Shown here piece by piece: positions 24,741 through 38,200 of a stretch of DNA of 64,000 nt. The stretch covers positions 434,001 to 498,000 of the forward strand of contig JAXLNO010002386.1 of assembly GCA_038087875.1 (NCBI GenBank), read 5' to 3'. The position numbers and the translations under genes were made by a program. Numbering within the stretch: the stretch's first letter is position 1; each line of letters opens with the position of its first letter. The notes under the pieces are model-generated. The model ran no database searches, was not told where the DNA came from, and saw nothing but the letters and a program-made list of their open reading frames with translations. The DNA comes from Malacoraja senta. Taxonomy: Eukaryota.

Positions 24741-26516
24741 CTGCTGATTTGCATTTGTTGTATTTATAGGTGTATCTATCATTGCCATTTCCTGCTTGCT
24801 GTGTAAACTTCATCTGAATAAGGAAATGAATTGCAACCTATATATATAACCATAAACTAATCTGAATTTGACATTTATTATTTTGACATAAAATGGCATA
24901 ACCTCTGTACTCTCTTACACAACTAGATATCTTTTAACTGTATCATTAAGTCTGGCGCTGATCCCAGCAATCACTTGAAAGAGATTGTGGCCATCTTTAA
25001 GGGTGATCAATCCATTGTGCAGCCCCTTTCAAGATGTTCTTTGGGAAAGAGACTTTTAAAATTGGTTTCTTTTTTTTTTCAATTCCAATGAAGAGTCCTT
25101 GACCTGAAAAGTCAATTTTGTCTCACTCTCTGATCACCTTAAACTTTCTTTGGTTTAAAGAGATTCAGCATAATATACTGAGAAAGCACCTTGACTGATG
25201 GCGTAATTGTATTGTGTGGCAATTCCAACACAGGAGGCTGCAGAGGGTGGTGACCTCATCCCGATCTATCAGGGGAACAACACATCTCACCATAGAAAGT
25301 ATCTATATGAATCATCTCAAGTATGTGCCATCGTCCATGCCCACTTCTTACTGCTTCCCCCAGGCTGAAGGCTCACACAACCAGCTTCAAACCAGCTACT
25401 TTCCCACAACTTTCAGGTGTTTGAACCAACCTGCATAACCCAAATCCTGACTTGGCAACGGAACATTTCGGACCACTTCTTGCACTACCATGAATTCGTT
25501 TTTCTCATTGTGAACACTGATGTCCTGCTTTTCATATATTTTTTATTATTGTTCTTGCCTTTCACCTCTTGAGGAGGAAGTCAGAAATGTTCTCACAGAA
25601 GTTCAAGACACAGTTTTACTCCGTGCTGTTCATGATGTCAATGGCCAAACAAAATAACTTTTACTGAATACTTTAATTTTTATAAAAATAAGTGTAAAGT
25701 TTATTTTGTCTGATGCAGGGTCTGATTACTTGTTGCACACGGAACAGGAGTGCGTGTAGAATGAATGGGTGTGGCATTGCATAAGGACAAATATGCAAAA
25801 GGACAGCGAAACTGGGAGGTGACGACTTCTCAATCAATGTTTGAAGCATTCATTCGTGCTAAATGTGACCGGGTAATATCAACAGCAATCTGTCTCCTGC
25901 AGATAATGTCAAAGCTTCTCGACATCAATGAAAAGAAAATAATTGCAAATCGCAGGTAATTCAACGCCGTCGCGAACTGGTTTATGTTATTATGTTTTAG
26001 AATCAAATAAACTGTTCGTGCCTGAGAAAACTACCTCGCGATAAAAGCAGATACAGGGAACCACAGATGCTGGTTGACAAAGAAAAAGACACGAAGTGCT
26101 GGAGTAACTCAGCGGGTCAGGCAGCATCTCTGGAGAACTTGGATAGGCGATGAATCTGGTCGGGACCCTTCTACAGACTGAGTGTGGCGTGGAGGTTTTT
26201 TTTTAGGGGTAGATATTAGTATCTTTGGTAGATATTGGTGCCCCTAGAAACAGTATATCCGACCAACCATCACCACAACCTCTCCAACCACCACAATCAG
26301 TGTGAAGAAGGGACGCGACGACAAACTCCATCTTATCGATGTTCTCCAGAGATGCCGCCAGATAACTTTGAACTCTCGGAAGTAAACTGTTCGATGGAGG
26401 GCTGATTCATAGAACTATTATTTCATGTGTTTCCGACAAATATATTTAAAGCACGGGGCAGATCATAGATTGACTTGTAGTTGTAGATGTACACGGGAGT
26501 GCGGGGGAACTCCAAC

Positions 26517-26618
26517 ATGGACAAACAAGCTACAAAAATAAACACTAATGTCGGACGATTCCTGATTGTGGCGTTGCTGGCACTGGCAATGGTGTTTCTA
26601 AACTTGCGGCATATAAAG
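26517..26618 (+). CDS. NXPE3: NXPE3-like coding exon 1 (type II membrane anchor)
   Basis: CCAACATGG Kozak context (alternative in-frame ATG at 26487); MDKQATKINTNVGRFLIVALLALAMVFLNLRHIK; donor AAG/GTGAGT, phase 0. Confidence 0.8.
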
Positions 26619-26732
26619 GTGAGTAGAAAGATAAAACTAAAGGGCCCGTCCCACCAGCATGCGTCTGCACGCATCTAGCGTGACCTAACGTGGTGACTTG
26701 AGGCGTACGGCCACGCGGGGCCGGTCCCACTT

Positions 26733-27060
26733 CCAACCGCGGGGCCGTGTGGAGTTGTGCGGGGCCGGTCCCACTACCAACCGCGGGGCCGTGTGGAGTT
26801 GTGTGGGGCCGCGTGGAGTTGTGCGGGGCTGGTCCCACTTCCAACCGCGGGGCTGTGTGGAGTTGTGCGGGGCTGTGTGGAGTTGTGCGGGGCCATGTGG
26901 AGTTGTGCGGGGCTGCGTGGAGTTGTGCGGGGCCACGTGGAGTTGTGCGGGGCCGCGTGGAGTTGTGCGGGTCCGCGTGGAGTTGTGCAGTGCGGGGCCG
27001 CGTGGAGTTGTGCAGGGCCGCGTGAAGTTGTGCGGGGCCGCGTGGAGTTGTGCGGGGCCG
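26733..27060. repeat. GC-rich minisatellite, about 14 x 20 bp (GCGTGGAGTTGTGCGGGGCC)
   Basis: Direct inspection; accounts for the repetitive ORFs at 26545-27268. Confidence 0.95.
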
Positions 27061-27178
27061 GTCCGGTCCCAACATCAAACTCACCAATCAGCTGGGCAGG
27101 AGGCGGGCCGACTGAATCTGGACGTCGCACGGTTTCGGGCTGTGATGTCAAGACGCTGCGTTCGGCGTCAAGACGCTG

Positions 27179-28733
27179 CGTACATAGAAACATAGACAAT
27201 AGATGCAGGAGTAGGCCATTCGGCCCTTCGAGCCTGCACCGCCATTCAATATGATCATGGCTGATCATGCAACTCAGTGTCCTGTACCTGCCTTCTCTCC
27301 ATACCCCCTGATCCCTTTAGCCACAAGGGCCACATCTAACTCCCTCTTGAATATAGCCAATGAACTGGCCTCAACTACATTCTGTGGCAGAGAGTTCCAC
27401 AGATTCACCACTCTCTGTGTAAATAATGATTTCCTAAAAGATTTCCCCCTTATCCTTAACTGTGACCCCTTGTTCAGGACTTCCCCAACATCGGGGACAA
27501 TTTTCCTACATCTAGCCTGTCCAACCCCTTAAGAATTTTGTACGTTTCTATAAGATCCCCCCTCAATCTTCTAAATTCTAGCGAGTACAAGCCGAGTCTA
27601 TCCAGTCTTTCTTCATATGAAAGTCCTGACATCCCAGGAATCAGTCTGGTGAACCTTCTCTCTACTCCCTCTATGGCAAGAATGTCTTTCCTCAGATTAG
27701 GAGACTAAAACTGTACACAATACCCCAGGTGTGCTCTCATCAAGGCCCTGTACAACTGCAGTAGAACCTCCCTGCTCCTATACTCAAATCCTTTTGCTAT
27801 GAATGCTAACATACCATTTGCTTTCTTCACTGCCTGCTGCACCTGCATGCCTACTTTCAATGACTGGTGTACCATGACACACAGGTGTTGTTGCATCTCC
27901 CCTTTTCCTAATTGGCCACCATTTAGATAATAGTCTTCTTTCCTGTTTTTGCCACCAAAGTGGATAACCTCACATTTATCCACATTATACTGCATCTGCC
28001 ATGCATTTGCCCACTCACCCAGCCCATCCAAGTCACCTTGCAGCCTCCTAGCATCCTCCTCACAGCTAACACTGCCCCCCCAGCTTTGTGTCATCCGCAA
28101 ACTTGGAGATGTTGCAATCAATTCCCTCATCCAAATCAATAATATATATTGTAAATAGCTGGGGTCCCAGCACTGAGCCTTGCGGAACCCCACTAGTAGA
28201 GCCTGCCATTCTGAAAAGGACCCGTTTACTCCTACTCTTTGCTTCCTGTCTGCCAGCCAGTTCTCTATCCAAATAAATACTGAACCCCCAATACCGTGTG
28301 CTTTAAGTTTGTATACTAATCTCTTATGTGGGACCTTGTCGAAAGCCTTCTGAAAGTCCAGATATAACACATCCACTGGTTCTCCCTTATCCACTCTACC
28401 AGTTACATCCTCGAAAAATTCTACAAGATTCACCACTTTCCAAATGTGCTGCTATCCCATCTTTAATAACTGACTCTAGCAGTTTCCCCACTACCGATGT
28501 TAGACTAACTGGTCTGTAATTCCCCGCTTTCTCTCTCCCTCCCTTTTTAAAAAGGGGGGTTACATTAGCTACCCTCCAATTCTCAGGGACTACTGCAGAA
28601 TCTAAAGAGTTTAGAAAAATTATCACTAATGCATCCACTATTTCGGGGGCTACTTCCTTAAGCACTCTGGGATGCAGCCTATCTGGCCCTGGGGATTTAT
28701 CGGCCTTTAATCCATTCAATTTACCTAACACCA
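27179..28733 (-). mobile_element. 5'-truncated CR1 LINE inside the MITE
   Basis: ORFs 27705-28436(-) and 28396-29076(-) carry the RT motifs; tail AGAAACATAG at 27185; CGGCGTCAAGACGCTG at 27163-27178 and 28734-28749 may be a TSD; about 53-bp internal deletion near 28430. Confidence 0.9.
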
Positions 28734-28749
28734 CGGCGTCAAGACGCTG

Positions 28750-28981
28750 GCGTGCGGCGTCGAGGTTGTGCGTGCGGCGTCGAGGCGGTGCGTGTGGCGT
28801 CGAGGCGGTGCGTGTGGCGTCGAGGCGGTGCTTGTGGCGTCGAGGCGGTGCTTGTGGCGTCGAGGCGGTGCTTGTGGCGTGGTGGTGGTGCGTGCGGCGT
28901 TGAGGCGGTGCGTGTGGCGTCGAGGCGGTGCTTGTGGCGTCGTGGTGGTGCGTGCGGCGTTGAGGCGGTGCGTGCGGCCTC
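28750..28981. repeat. GC-rich minisatellite, about 11 x 20 bp (GCGTGTGGCGTCGAGGCGGT)
   Basis: Direct inspection. Confidence 0.95.
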
Positions 28982-29269
28982 AATGCAGCAGCGGGCCGGC
29001 AGGCCGTTGACGCGCGGAATTTTTGAACACTGTCAGTTTTACGGAGCCCCGTGCGATGTCGGGACCAGCTCCGCACAACTCCATACGGCTCCGGCGATCG
29101 AAGTAGGAACGGCCCCGCGAGGCCGCACGGCTAGCGTGACCACGTTAGGTCGCGCTAGCTGCATGCAGTCGCATGCTCGTGGGACAGGCCCTTAACGCCC
29201 ATGCCACCACGCATTAAATTGATAACTGTGAAAAATAGAAAGATTAAATGAGAACTTAGCGTTTGAAGT

Positions 29270-29510
29270 TTGATCTTGAAGTACCAGATGGGCATCAGCC
29301 TGGGGTGGGATGTAGACCGCGGTCAGGATGATAGAGGTGAATTCCCTCAGTTGGTAGAAGGAATGGCCCTTCACAGCCAGGTGTTCCAGGTGTGGAGAGC
29401 AGGAGTTGGACAGGACTGCCACGTCTGAGCACCAGACAGAGTTGTAGTACGATAGTAGGGAGAGGGGATCGAAGTCCCTTGCGCTTCAGTCTGACCTGAA
29501 ATCCTGCCCG
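29270..29510 (-). mobile_element. Rex1-like LINE endonuclease fragment
   Basis: SPHLEHLAVK...REFTSIILTAVYIPPQADA. Confidence 0.65.
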
Positions 29511-30677
29511 TCAGCCACGTTTCCGGACACAATTTAGCAATGTTACAAAATTTTGAGATTTTAAAAATAAAGTCTGCAATTTATCCCATCAGATAACACA
29601 TAAAAAGAAATTTAATTTGACACCTAATTCACCTTCATATCTTCAGTATTAAAAAGGTTATGGCCATTTTCATACTGGGAAATTACCATCTTGTTCCCTA
29701 TTGCTTTTGCATTGACAACACAAAAGCTGTGATCGAGGACAGTCAAAAGCCCATAACTTTCTTGAAAATTAAGAGAACTGAATGCAATTTTCAGTTATTA
29801 TAGATTGAAGCATTCTGAAACAAATGAAAACATCTTACTTGGATGACCTGAAATTAAGGCATATAATTAGTTAATTACCTAATTGTAGTCAATTACAAAA
29901 TTGACCGTTGTGACGGAAATTGTAATAAACACCCAGACTGCCTTGAAAATTCAAAAATGTGATATTCTCAAGATCAGAACTTTAATATTATTGTATTATA
30001 TGCTGTAAGTCCGTAACAGATAGGTAAATATATTACAATTTCTAGCAATAGACCAAGTCTTTATGAAGAAGATCAGTTGCTAGCTGGTACATTGGCATAT
30101 CATAATCAGTAGCATCATCATACTCCTCAGACTGTAACTCTGTACACCTTGTTTTTCCTCAACTTTTCAATTTTGGCATTGTAAACTACAAGTTTTTGCT
30201 CTTCAAACCACGCATGACATGCCTTTCTGCCCACTACTCTCCCATTAAGAATGTCCTGTAGATTCCATTTCTTAAGAAAAGGATATTTTTTTTAAATAGC
30301 CTAAGTATCCAAATAACAAACTAATCCCAGTCACACAAGAATTCACAATATAACATGATTTTTAAATCTCACTGTCATGAATTCATATGCCAGATGGAAG
30401 GAATTTGAAGTTTAATTCCCATTAATTAATCTAGAAACATCCACTCAATATAATCAAAAAAAATATTTTTTTGCACAATACATGGGACTAAAACTGATAT
30501 TTAGTATAAAAATATTGACTATGGGTAGACAACACAAAATATAGACGATTTAGATTGTCCATTACGGCACTGATTTCTGCTGTTTCTCTGATCCAGGTGA
30601 GTTGATTGAAGCTATAAATAATTCTCTTCTGTTGAGCTGCTGGCAAAATGTCGCCACAGGCAGGCGCCATCTTTTAC

Positions 30678-31647
30678 GGGTACCTTTCAGAATGGCAGGC
30701 AGTGACTAGTGGGGTACCGCAAGGCTCGGTGCTGGGACCGCAGCTATTTAAAATATATATTAATGATTTGGATGAAGGGATTAAAAGTAACATTAGCAAA
30801 TTTGCAGATGACAAAAAGCTGGGTGTGAACTGTGAGGAGGATGCTATGAGGATGCAGGGTGATTTGGACAGGTTGGGTGAGTGGGCAAATGCAGTTTAAT
30901 GTGGATAAATATGAGGTTATCCACTTTGGTGGCAAAAACAGGGAGGCAGATTATTATCTAAATGGTGCCAAGTTGGGAAAAGGGGAAGTACAACGACATC
31001 TGGGGGTCCTTGTTCATCACTCACTGGAAGTAAGCATGCAGGTACAGCAGGAAGAGAAGAAAACGAATGGCATGTTGGTCTTCATAACAAGAGGAGTTGA
31101 GTATAGGAGCAAAGAGGTCCTCCTGCAGTTGTACAGGGCCATAGTGAGACCAGACCTGTAGTATTGTGTGCAGTTTTGGTCTCCAAACTTGAGGAAGGAC
31201 ATTCTTGCTATTGAGGGAGTGCAGTGTAGGTTCACAAGGTTAATTCCCGAGATGGCAGGACTGTCATATGTTGATAGATTGGAGCGGCTGGGCTTGTATA
31301 CTCTGGAATTTAGAAGGATGAGAGGGTATCTTATTGAAACATATAAGATAATATGGGTTTGGACACATTGGAGGCAGGAAACATGTTCCAAATGTTTGGG
31401 GAGTCCAGAACCAGGGGCCATAGTTTAAGAATAAGTGGTAAGCCATTTAGAACGGAGATGAGAAAAAACTTTTTCACACAGTGAGTTGTTAATGTGTGGA
31501 ATTCTCTGCCTCAGAGGCGGTGGAGGCTGGTTCTCCGGATGCTTTCAAGAAAGAGTTAGATAGAGCTCTTAGGGATAGCGAAATTAAGGGATATGGAGAG
31601 AAGGCAGGAACGGGGTACTGATTGCAGATGATTAGCCATGGTCACAT
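30678..31647 (+). mobile_element. CR1 LINE 3' fragment (degraded)
   Basis: [31 protein letters not shown]; 3' UTR GATTAGCCATG. Confidence 0.9.
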
Positions 31648-31974
31648 TAATAATAATAATAATAATAATTCATTTTATTTACTGGTGCCTTTCTAAAACC
31701 CAAGGACACCTTACAAGGCATAGAATCACAAAAATACAAAACACATAATCGGAGTAAATTAAATATAAAAACACCACAGTACACAAATCAAGGACAGAAT
31801 TCAAGTACAAAAGCACAAAAAGAAAATAAGAAACACAATTTGAGGAGAGAGCAGCGGCAGCCAATTCGCGCCAGCGTCCACTCTCCCCTCCGACCGCCAT
31901 CTTGCACACAGACTAACAGGCACAGCACACAAAAATCATCCCCCCACAAGTAGATTTTCAAAGTCTACAGAGAG

Positions 31975-32750
31975 ATTTAGGCCATTTGGAAGAGTGGGCT
32001 GAAAGATGGCAGATGGAGTTTAATGCTGACAAATGTGAGGTGCTACATCTCGGCAGGACAAATCAAAATAGGACGTACACGGTAAATGGTAGCGAATTGA
32101 GGAATGCAGTTGAACAGAGGGATCTAGGAATAACTGTGCATAGTTCCCTGAAGGTGGAATCTCATGTAGATAGGGTGGTAAAGAAAGCTTTTGGTGTGCT
32201 GGCCTTTATAAATCAGAGCTTTGAATATAGAAGTTGGGATGTAATGTTAAAATTGTACAAGGCATTGGTGAGGCCAATTCTGGAGTATGGAGTACAATTT
32301 TGGTCGCCTAATTATAGGAAGGATGTCAACAAAATAGAGAGAGTACAGAGGAGATTTACTAGAATGTTGCCTGGGTTTCAGCAACTAAGTTACAGAGAAA
32401 GGTTGAACAAGTTAGGTCTTTATTCTTTGGAGCGCAGAAGGTTAACAGGGGACTTGATAGAGGTCTTTAAAATTATGAGCGGGTTAGACAGAGTGGACGT
32501 GGATAAGCTTTTCCCATTGAGAGTAGGGAAGATTCAAACAAGGGGACATGACTTGAGAATTAAGGGACAGAAGTTTAGGGGGAACATTAGGGGGAACTTC
32601 TTTACTCAGAGAGTGGTAGCTGTGTGGAATGAGCTTCCAGTGGAAGTGGTAGAGGCAGGTTCGATGTTATCCTTTAAAAATAGATTGGATGGGTATATGG
32701 ACGGGAAAGGAATGGAGGGTTATGGTCTGAGTGCAGGTAGATGGGACTAG
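31975..32750 (+). mobile_element. CR1 LINE 3' fragment (second subfamily)
   Basis: ORF 31986-32750: EEWAERWQMEFNADKCEVLHLG...QFWSPNYRKD...FFTQRVVAVWNELP. Confidence 0.9.
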
Positions 32751-33232
32751 GGGTAAGTATTTATTTTCAATTAATTTTTTATTTTTTTTTAATGTTCGGC
32801 ACGGACTTGAAGGGCCGAGATGGCCTGTTTCCATGCTGTTATGGTTATATTATATGGTTATATGACCACCACTGTGGGGGAAGGCACAATGTCCAGTCCC
32901 CAACCCCATTGAATGGCGGTGATGGCTGGAAGGGCCGAATGGCCTACTCCTGCGCCTATTGTCTATTGTCTATCTTTTTTTGTTTGTTTATGATTTAATC
33001 TATTGAGTACTGTGTTACAAACCTGTTGTGCTGCTGCTGCATGTAAGAATGTAATTGTTCCGTTCTAATACACATGACAAGAAAATATTCTTGAATCTTG
33101 AATAATAATATTATAATCATGTTGTAAAAATTCTGTGATTGAAACTAAAATTTTTAATTTTTAGTCTTGATGATTATAAATGGTGTAAAACTATTTTAAA
33201 AAAAAATTCATTGAATTTGCTGTTTTCCATAG

Positions 33233-34020
33233 TTCCCGCAATTTTCAATTTCCGGAGCAAAGTCAGTGTGGATCAGATACCCAGCTCGGAAGAATCATTC
33301 CACACTACAGCAGGAAGTAAAAATGCCAAAGACTGATTGGATCCACAAGCTGGTGAAGTATGGCTATCAGAATCATAGCTTCACCCTTGAAGAAAGAACA
33401 GAGGGTACAGTACTGATGAAAATGATTGAATGGCCAATGCCTCCTGATCCCAGTGTGCCCTTTAGGAAAAGCAGCGACCCATTCCATACTTGCTTTATCA
33501 TTTTTAATTCTGAGAAGACTTTCCACGTTGGAGATCAATTGCAGGTGATGCTGCGAATGTTTGACTTTGACGGAAATCCAAAACAATATGGAGGTGACTA
33601 TCTGCAAGCGCGGATTCACACCCCAGAGTTAAAGGCTGGTTCAGCAGGAACAGTTATAGATAACCAAAATGGATATTATTACATTAATTTTACTTTATCC
33701 TGGCCGGGAAAAGTCCAAGTGTCTGTTTCCCTAGTTCATCCCAGTGAAGGGATCAAAGTACTAAAGCGGCTGCGTGAAGAACGATCAGGTCGAGTTTATA
33801 TGAAAAGCACTTTCAAGGCTGGAGCAATTTCAAAGACTACTGTTTGCAATCTGTTTTTAACTCCAACTAAACCACTATGTAACTTTACTGATCTCAGAAC
33901 AGGAGAGCCTTGGTTCTGTTACAAACCAGAAAATCTTCCGTGTTCTACTCGAATCAATCAAGATCTAGTTGGATTTTTGACAAATAATTTAATTGGAGAA
34001 GAGAGGCTGTTTTTACAAAG
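33233..34020 (+). CDS. NXPE3: NXPE3-like coding exon 2
   Basis: TTTTCCATAG acceptor in frame with ORF 33266-34054; GDQLQV...DFDGNPKQYGGDYLQARIHTPELKAGSAG, VSLVHPSEG, GEPWFCYKP; donor AAG/GTATTC, phase 2. Confidence 0.95.
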
Positions 34021-34157
34021 GTATTCCACCTACATTTTATCTTTTATATTTTGATATTTCCATTTAGTGTTTTCTGTTTTTATTTCAGATATCTAGCATC
34101 TGCAGCTTTTTGCTTTTAAGTTACAATACATTTTGGTTCTTTATTTATGGAGTTCTT

Positions 34158-34437
34158 TGTAGCGGCACCAAACGTGGTGAATAAGGCCAGACGTCAGGCA
34201 GGTTCAAACGATAGTTTATTCAGGCGTTACATTGGTCCGCTAACATAATATTCATTGCTGCTGTAGCTGAGCGAGGTTGTTCTCTCGGGTTCAGCTACCT
34301 GTTGACTGCTAAGGTCTCGAGGTGAGATAACCTTAAATAGCAGGACACTCCCCCTAGCCCATGACGTCACGTGCCCGCCCTCATACCTACTGACGAGGGT
34401 TCGACCATAGGTGGTCTGTGTATTAGCTGACGCCACA
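34158..34437 (-). mobile_element. Solo LTR (Gypsy-type, 280 bp) in NXPE intron 2
   Basis: TG...CA ends (TGTAGCGG...GACGCCACA); 4-bp TSD TCTT at 34154-34157 and 34438-34441; minus-strand AATAAA and TATTTAA; termini resemble the LTRs at 54876 and 59201. Confidence 0.8.
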
Positions 34438-35121
34438 TCTTATTGATTTATAGTATTTATTAATTTATTAATAAAAATTGAGGTAGTCCAGTTTCCTCTC
34501 GTATCCCAAGTACACGCTGGTTGGTAGGTCAGTTGCTTATTATTAAGGCTGCCTTTAAACACATAAAGGTGGATAGATACCTGGAGCCTGACCGAGTGTA
34601 TCCTAGAACATTGTGGGATGGGAGGAAATAAATTGCAGGGGTTCGGGCAGAGATATTTAATTCATCGTTAACCATAGGTAAGGTATCGGAAGACAGAAGG
34701 TTGGCTAAAGTTGTGCCTTTATTTAAGGAGAGGATAGGCTAGGGAACTATAGCCTGGAGAGCCTAACATCAGTGGTGGGAGAGTTACTGAAGGGAATTCT
34801 GAGAGATTGGATCCACCAGCATTCGGAAAGGCAAGGACTGATTTATGGATAGCCAGCATGGCTTTATGCATGGGAAATCGCATCTCCTAAATTTGATTGA
34901 GCTTTTTCAAGAGGTGCTAGAGGATTGACAAGGGCAGGTTAGTAGACATTGACTGCACGGTATTTAGTGAGATCTTTGATAAGCTCCCACATGGTAGGCT
35001 GGTCTTGAAGGTTAGATCACATAGGATCCAGGGTGAGCTAGCAAAATTGAATACAAAATTGGCTTGGTGGTAGAAGTCAGAGAGTGATAGTGGAGAGTTG
35101 TTGATCAAATTGGCGGCCTGT

Positions 35122-35727
35122 AATATTAGAATTAAATCAAACATTTAGAACAACACAAAGAAACTTTATTGATTATAGTTTAATAACAGGAAAAAAATTA
35201 ATTCTAAAATTTTGGAAAGGCCCTACGACCCCCACAATCAAAATGTGGATTATAGAAATGACGGAGACCTTAAACGTGGAAAGAATCAGATTCTCCCTGT
35301 TGGACAAACAGGAATTATTCGTTGGAACATGGTCTCCTTTTATTGATTACTTAAAGGGTCAGAACAGTTCAGCACAGGAACCTGACTAGCACCCAGGCTA
35401 AAGAATGGATGAAATGCTATATTTAGAAATGTACGAATATATCTCGAATGAAGTTTTCTATTTTAATAAATTTTTCCATTCTTCTTTAACTATCTTTTTT
35501 CCTTTTTTTTTTTTTGTTTTGTTTTTTTGTTTTTCTTCTCTTTCTTTTCTTTCTTTACTTCATCTTTCTCTTTAGTTCTATTTAGTTTTTTTTTAAAAAG
35601 GCAAAAGGTATTGGAGACAATGTAATAATAATTGACAATATTATCAATTTAAAAATGTAAGACTGTAATGATGTAACTAGGCTGTGTACATATCTCCAAT
35701 AAAAAAATATTAAAAAAAAAAAAAAAA
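35122..35727 (+). mobile_element. L1 3' end with poly(A), inserted into a CR1 fragment (about 34545-35945)
   Basis: Same family as 21052-22432; poly(A) at about 35712-35730; TSD AAATTGGCGGCCTGT at 35107-35121 and 35728-35742. Confidence 0.85.
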
Positions 35728-36349
35728 AAATTGGCGGCCTGTGACCAGCGGTATGCCACAGGGATCTCTTGTTTCTCAACTATATGATTTAGCTGAACGT
35801 GTAGGTGGCATGGTTACTAAGATTATGGATGAGACCAAAATATTTGGTATAGTGAACAGTGAAGAAGGTTATCTAAGATTACAACAGGATGTGTATTAGC
35901 TTGGGCTGGGGACTGACAGATGGAATTTAAGTCAGACAAGTGCTAAGTATCTCACTCTGGAAAAAAGATTCTGATAATCTGGCCTATCATTATCTCTCAT
36001 AAATTAACATAATTCTATCTTTTTCTTGCGTATGGCGTGTACAGCTTAAAGTTGTAAGACAACTTGTTCTGTTTGATCTGTTTGTGCATGCTGGGTTGAT
36101 TGCATTCGTCAAAACAGGGTGGACCACGCGAAGGTTGCAATCTCCCACCCCACATAATTCTCTCAGGTAGCCCGTCAGCTTCTGACATTCCAGAGAAAAC
36201 AATCCAAGTTTGTCCAACCTCTTCTTATAACCAATGGTCTTTATTTTTAAATGATACTGTTTATTTATATTTATGCTACCAATGTGATGATATTATAATG
36301 AATGCTTCATGGGTTCAGGTAAAATGTATTTTTATTTTGTCTGTTTACC

Positions 36350-38200
36350 ATTTTTCTCTACTCTCTATTTGGAGGGTACTTTTTACGTGCAGGGGTTCTG
36401 ATCCATCCTGACAACAGTGGTCTTATTACACATTTGTTACCTTGCACAACCATCTTGTAATTTGTCTTTGGTTTTCTAAATGGTTCCTCAGTTGAACCCC
36501 CACTACCTTGGTCCACTCCTTGAAGTATTATAGGGAGATATTTTATTTTCCAGCACAAAGTTAAGTATGCCTATCCATGTGGAACTGGTTCCTTCTCCTT
36601 AGGTGTTTACAGCAATTAATATGCAGCCTGCATTTCCCCCACAGTGGCACACAAGCCATGGATCTATCCGATGTGTTCACAAACAGAAGTAATCTCCATA
36701 GAGAGCGATGTCCAAACAAGGCCATATTGTTGCTCCAAAACTTTTCATAGTCTTTCTCACCACAATGTTGCACCTTATCACCAACAGACATCCAGTTGGA
36801 ATGCAGCAAATCTAGTCTTTGCAGGGACAAGTTTATACTGGCAAACCCTTTTGACTGTTAATCACAGCCTTACTTTATTAACTTTGTTATCTGATCCCTC
36901 TGTCAAAGCAGGGAAGGTATACTAGGCACTGCTTGAGGCTGACTTGCAGAGTTTATGCTAACTCATCCAGCTTACCCTAACTTAACCCAACTAACAAGTT
37001 CTCTGCAACTCCTTTTTGTTGTTAAGACATATGCGTTGTAATGATGAGATGATCACTTGACATTGTCCATCCAAGGATGCCGACTGAAACCTCTGCAATG
37101 TGGGGGCTCAATTGATGTGGTGACAAAGATGGCACTGACACAACTCAATCTTTATTAATATTCATATCAGTTTTAAATGAGTTAAACTGTTATAATGATA
37201 GTTAGATCTAGCTCTTAGGGCTAAAGGAATCAAGGGATATGGGGAAAAAGCAGCAAAGGGGTAGTGATTTTGGATGATCAGCCATGATCATATTGAATGG
37301 TGGTGCTGGCTCGAAGGACCGAATGGCCTCCTCCTGCACCTATTTTCTATGTTTTCTATGTTCTATGTTTCTAAATTTACAGGCATTTAACTAAACCATT
37401 CAACAAGAGCTTTGTAACTCTTAATCACCTAATTTACTGATATAGCTTTTCCTATCTTGCTGCCCAATAATTGAAACAATACTTGGACTTGGATTCCAGA
37501 TGTAAGATGAACTGGTTGGGATTCCTTCAATGGGTTGTAATCTTCTCTGAGTTAAGAAGTTAGGGTTCGCCTTCTGTGTCAGTTGTCCTCGAGTAATATC
37601 ACTCCTGGTGTACTTGATGTTTCTTTGATGTTTTCACATCAATCTTCTAGAAGGCTGGGGGTCCTCAAATCTCAAATGAGACAATTGGAAATTCGAGCTT
37701 GGTTTTGATTGCTCCTGACAATATTCTCACATGGGTATCATAAACTAAGTCTTCCTACATTGCTATTTCATCGTTATTCCTTATTGCCATGGTGATAGCC
37801 ATTTTCCCGAGTTTGATGCCTTCATTACTATCGGATTTTCTTGCCTTAATACAACTAAATGGTCACTGTTGTGTTTTCACTTCATTTTGCCTCTGAGCCT
37901 GGAAACCCTCTGAGAATGATGTGAATATCTGCTTACTGAATAGACTGTTACTTGCTTCTTCTTTTCCTTCTATCATGAAGATCTGATTACAGTCTGTCCC
38001 ACATAGTTTAATCGCCATCGATGGCCTTTTGCAACAGTTCCTGATTCTCTATTCTGTGTCAATATTCTTTCAGTTAAATTGTTGTTAATTATTTTGGTCT
38101 TCTCGGTAAACTTTGTCGACCATGAGCTGAGCATGTGTGAAGTAATCAAATGGAAAATAATGTCCAGTCTATGTTTCACGTTTGAGACCCTGCATCAGTT
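36350..38200 (-). mobile_element. Possible highly degraded L1 ORF2 remnants
   Basis: Scattered motif-like peptides (WRLN, CGEK) and many stops; interrupted by a CR1 tail at about 37200-37370. Confidence 0.3.

Larger units (their letters stand above)
26641..29192. mobile_element. PIF/Harbinger-type MITE with internal 20-bp minisatellites and a nested CR1
   Basis: About 58-bp imperfect TIRs AGGGCC(C/T)GTCCCAC(C/G)AGCATGCG...CTAACGTGG; TAA TSD at 26638-26640 and 29193-29195; subterminal similarity to the element at 9319-12959. Confidence 0.85.

Noticed and set aside
26487-26548. Direct alpha2-to-NXPE exon 1 fusion
   Set aside because: A phase-1 junction is out of frame and stops at TAA 26546-26548.
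26545-29195. Long repetitive ORFs on both strands; CRISPR-like appearance of the 20-bp arrays
   Set aside because: Head-to-tail minisatellites with no unique spacers and no cas genes in a eukaryotic context; the ORFs are by-products of stop-free GC repeats.
29510-30670. AT-rich 1.2-kb block that looks like an inserted element
   Set aside because: No TIR, TSD, ORF or second copy within the window; cannot be classified without a genome search.
36554-36602. Candidate NXPE linker exon (STKLSMPIHV...)
   Set aside because: In-frame TAG, weak donor and wrong phase; 39403-39476 fits length, phase and sequence.
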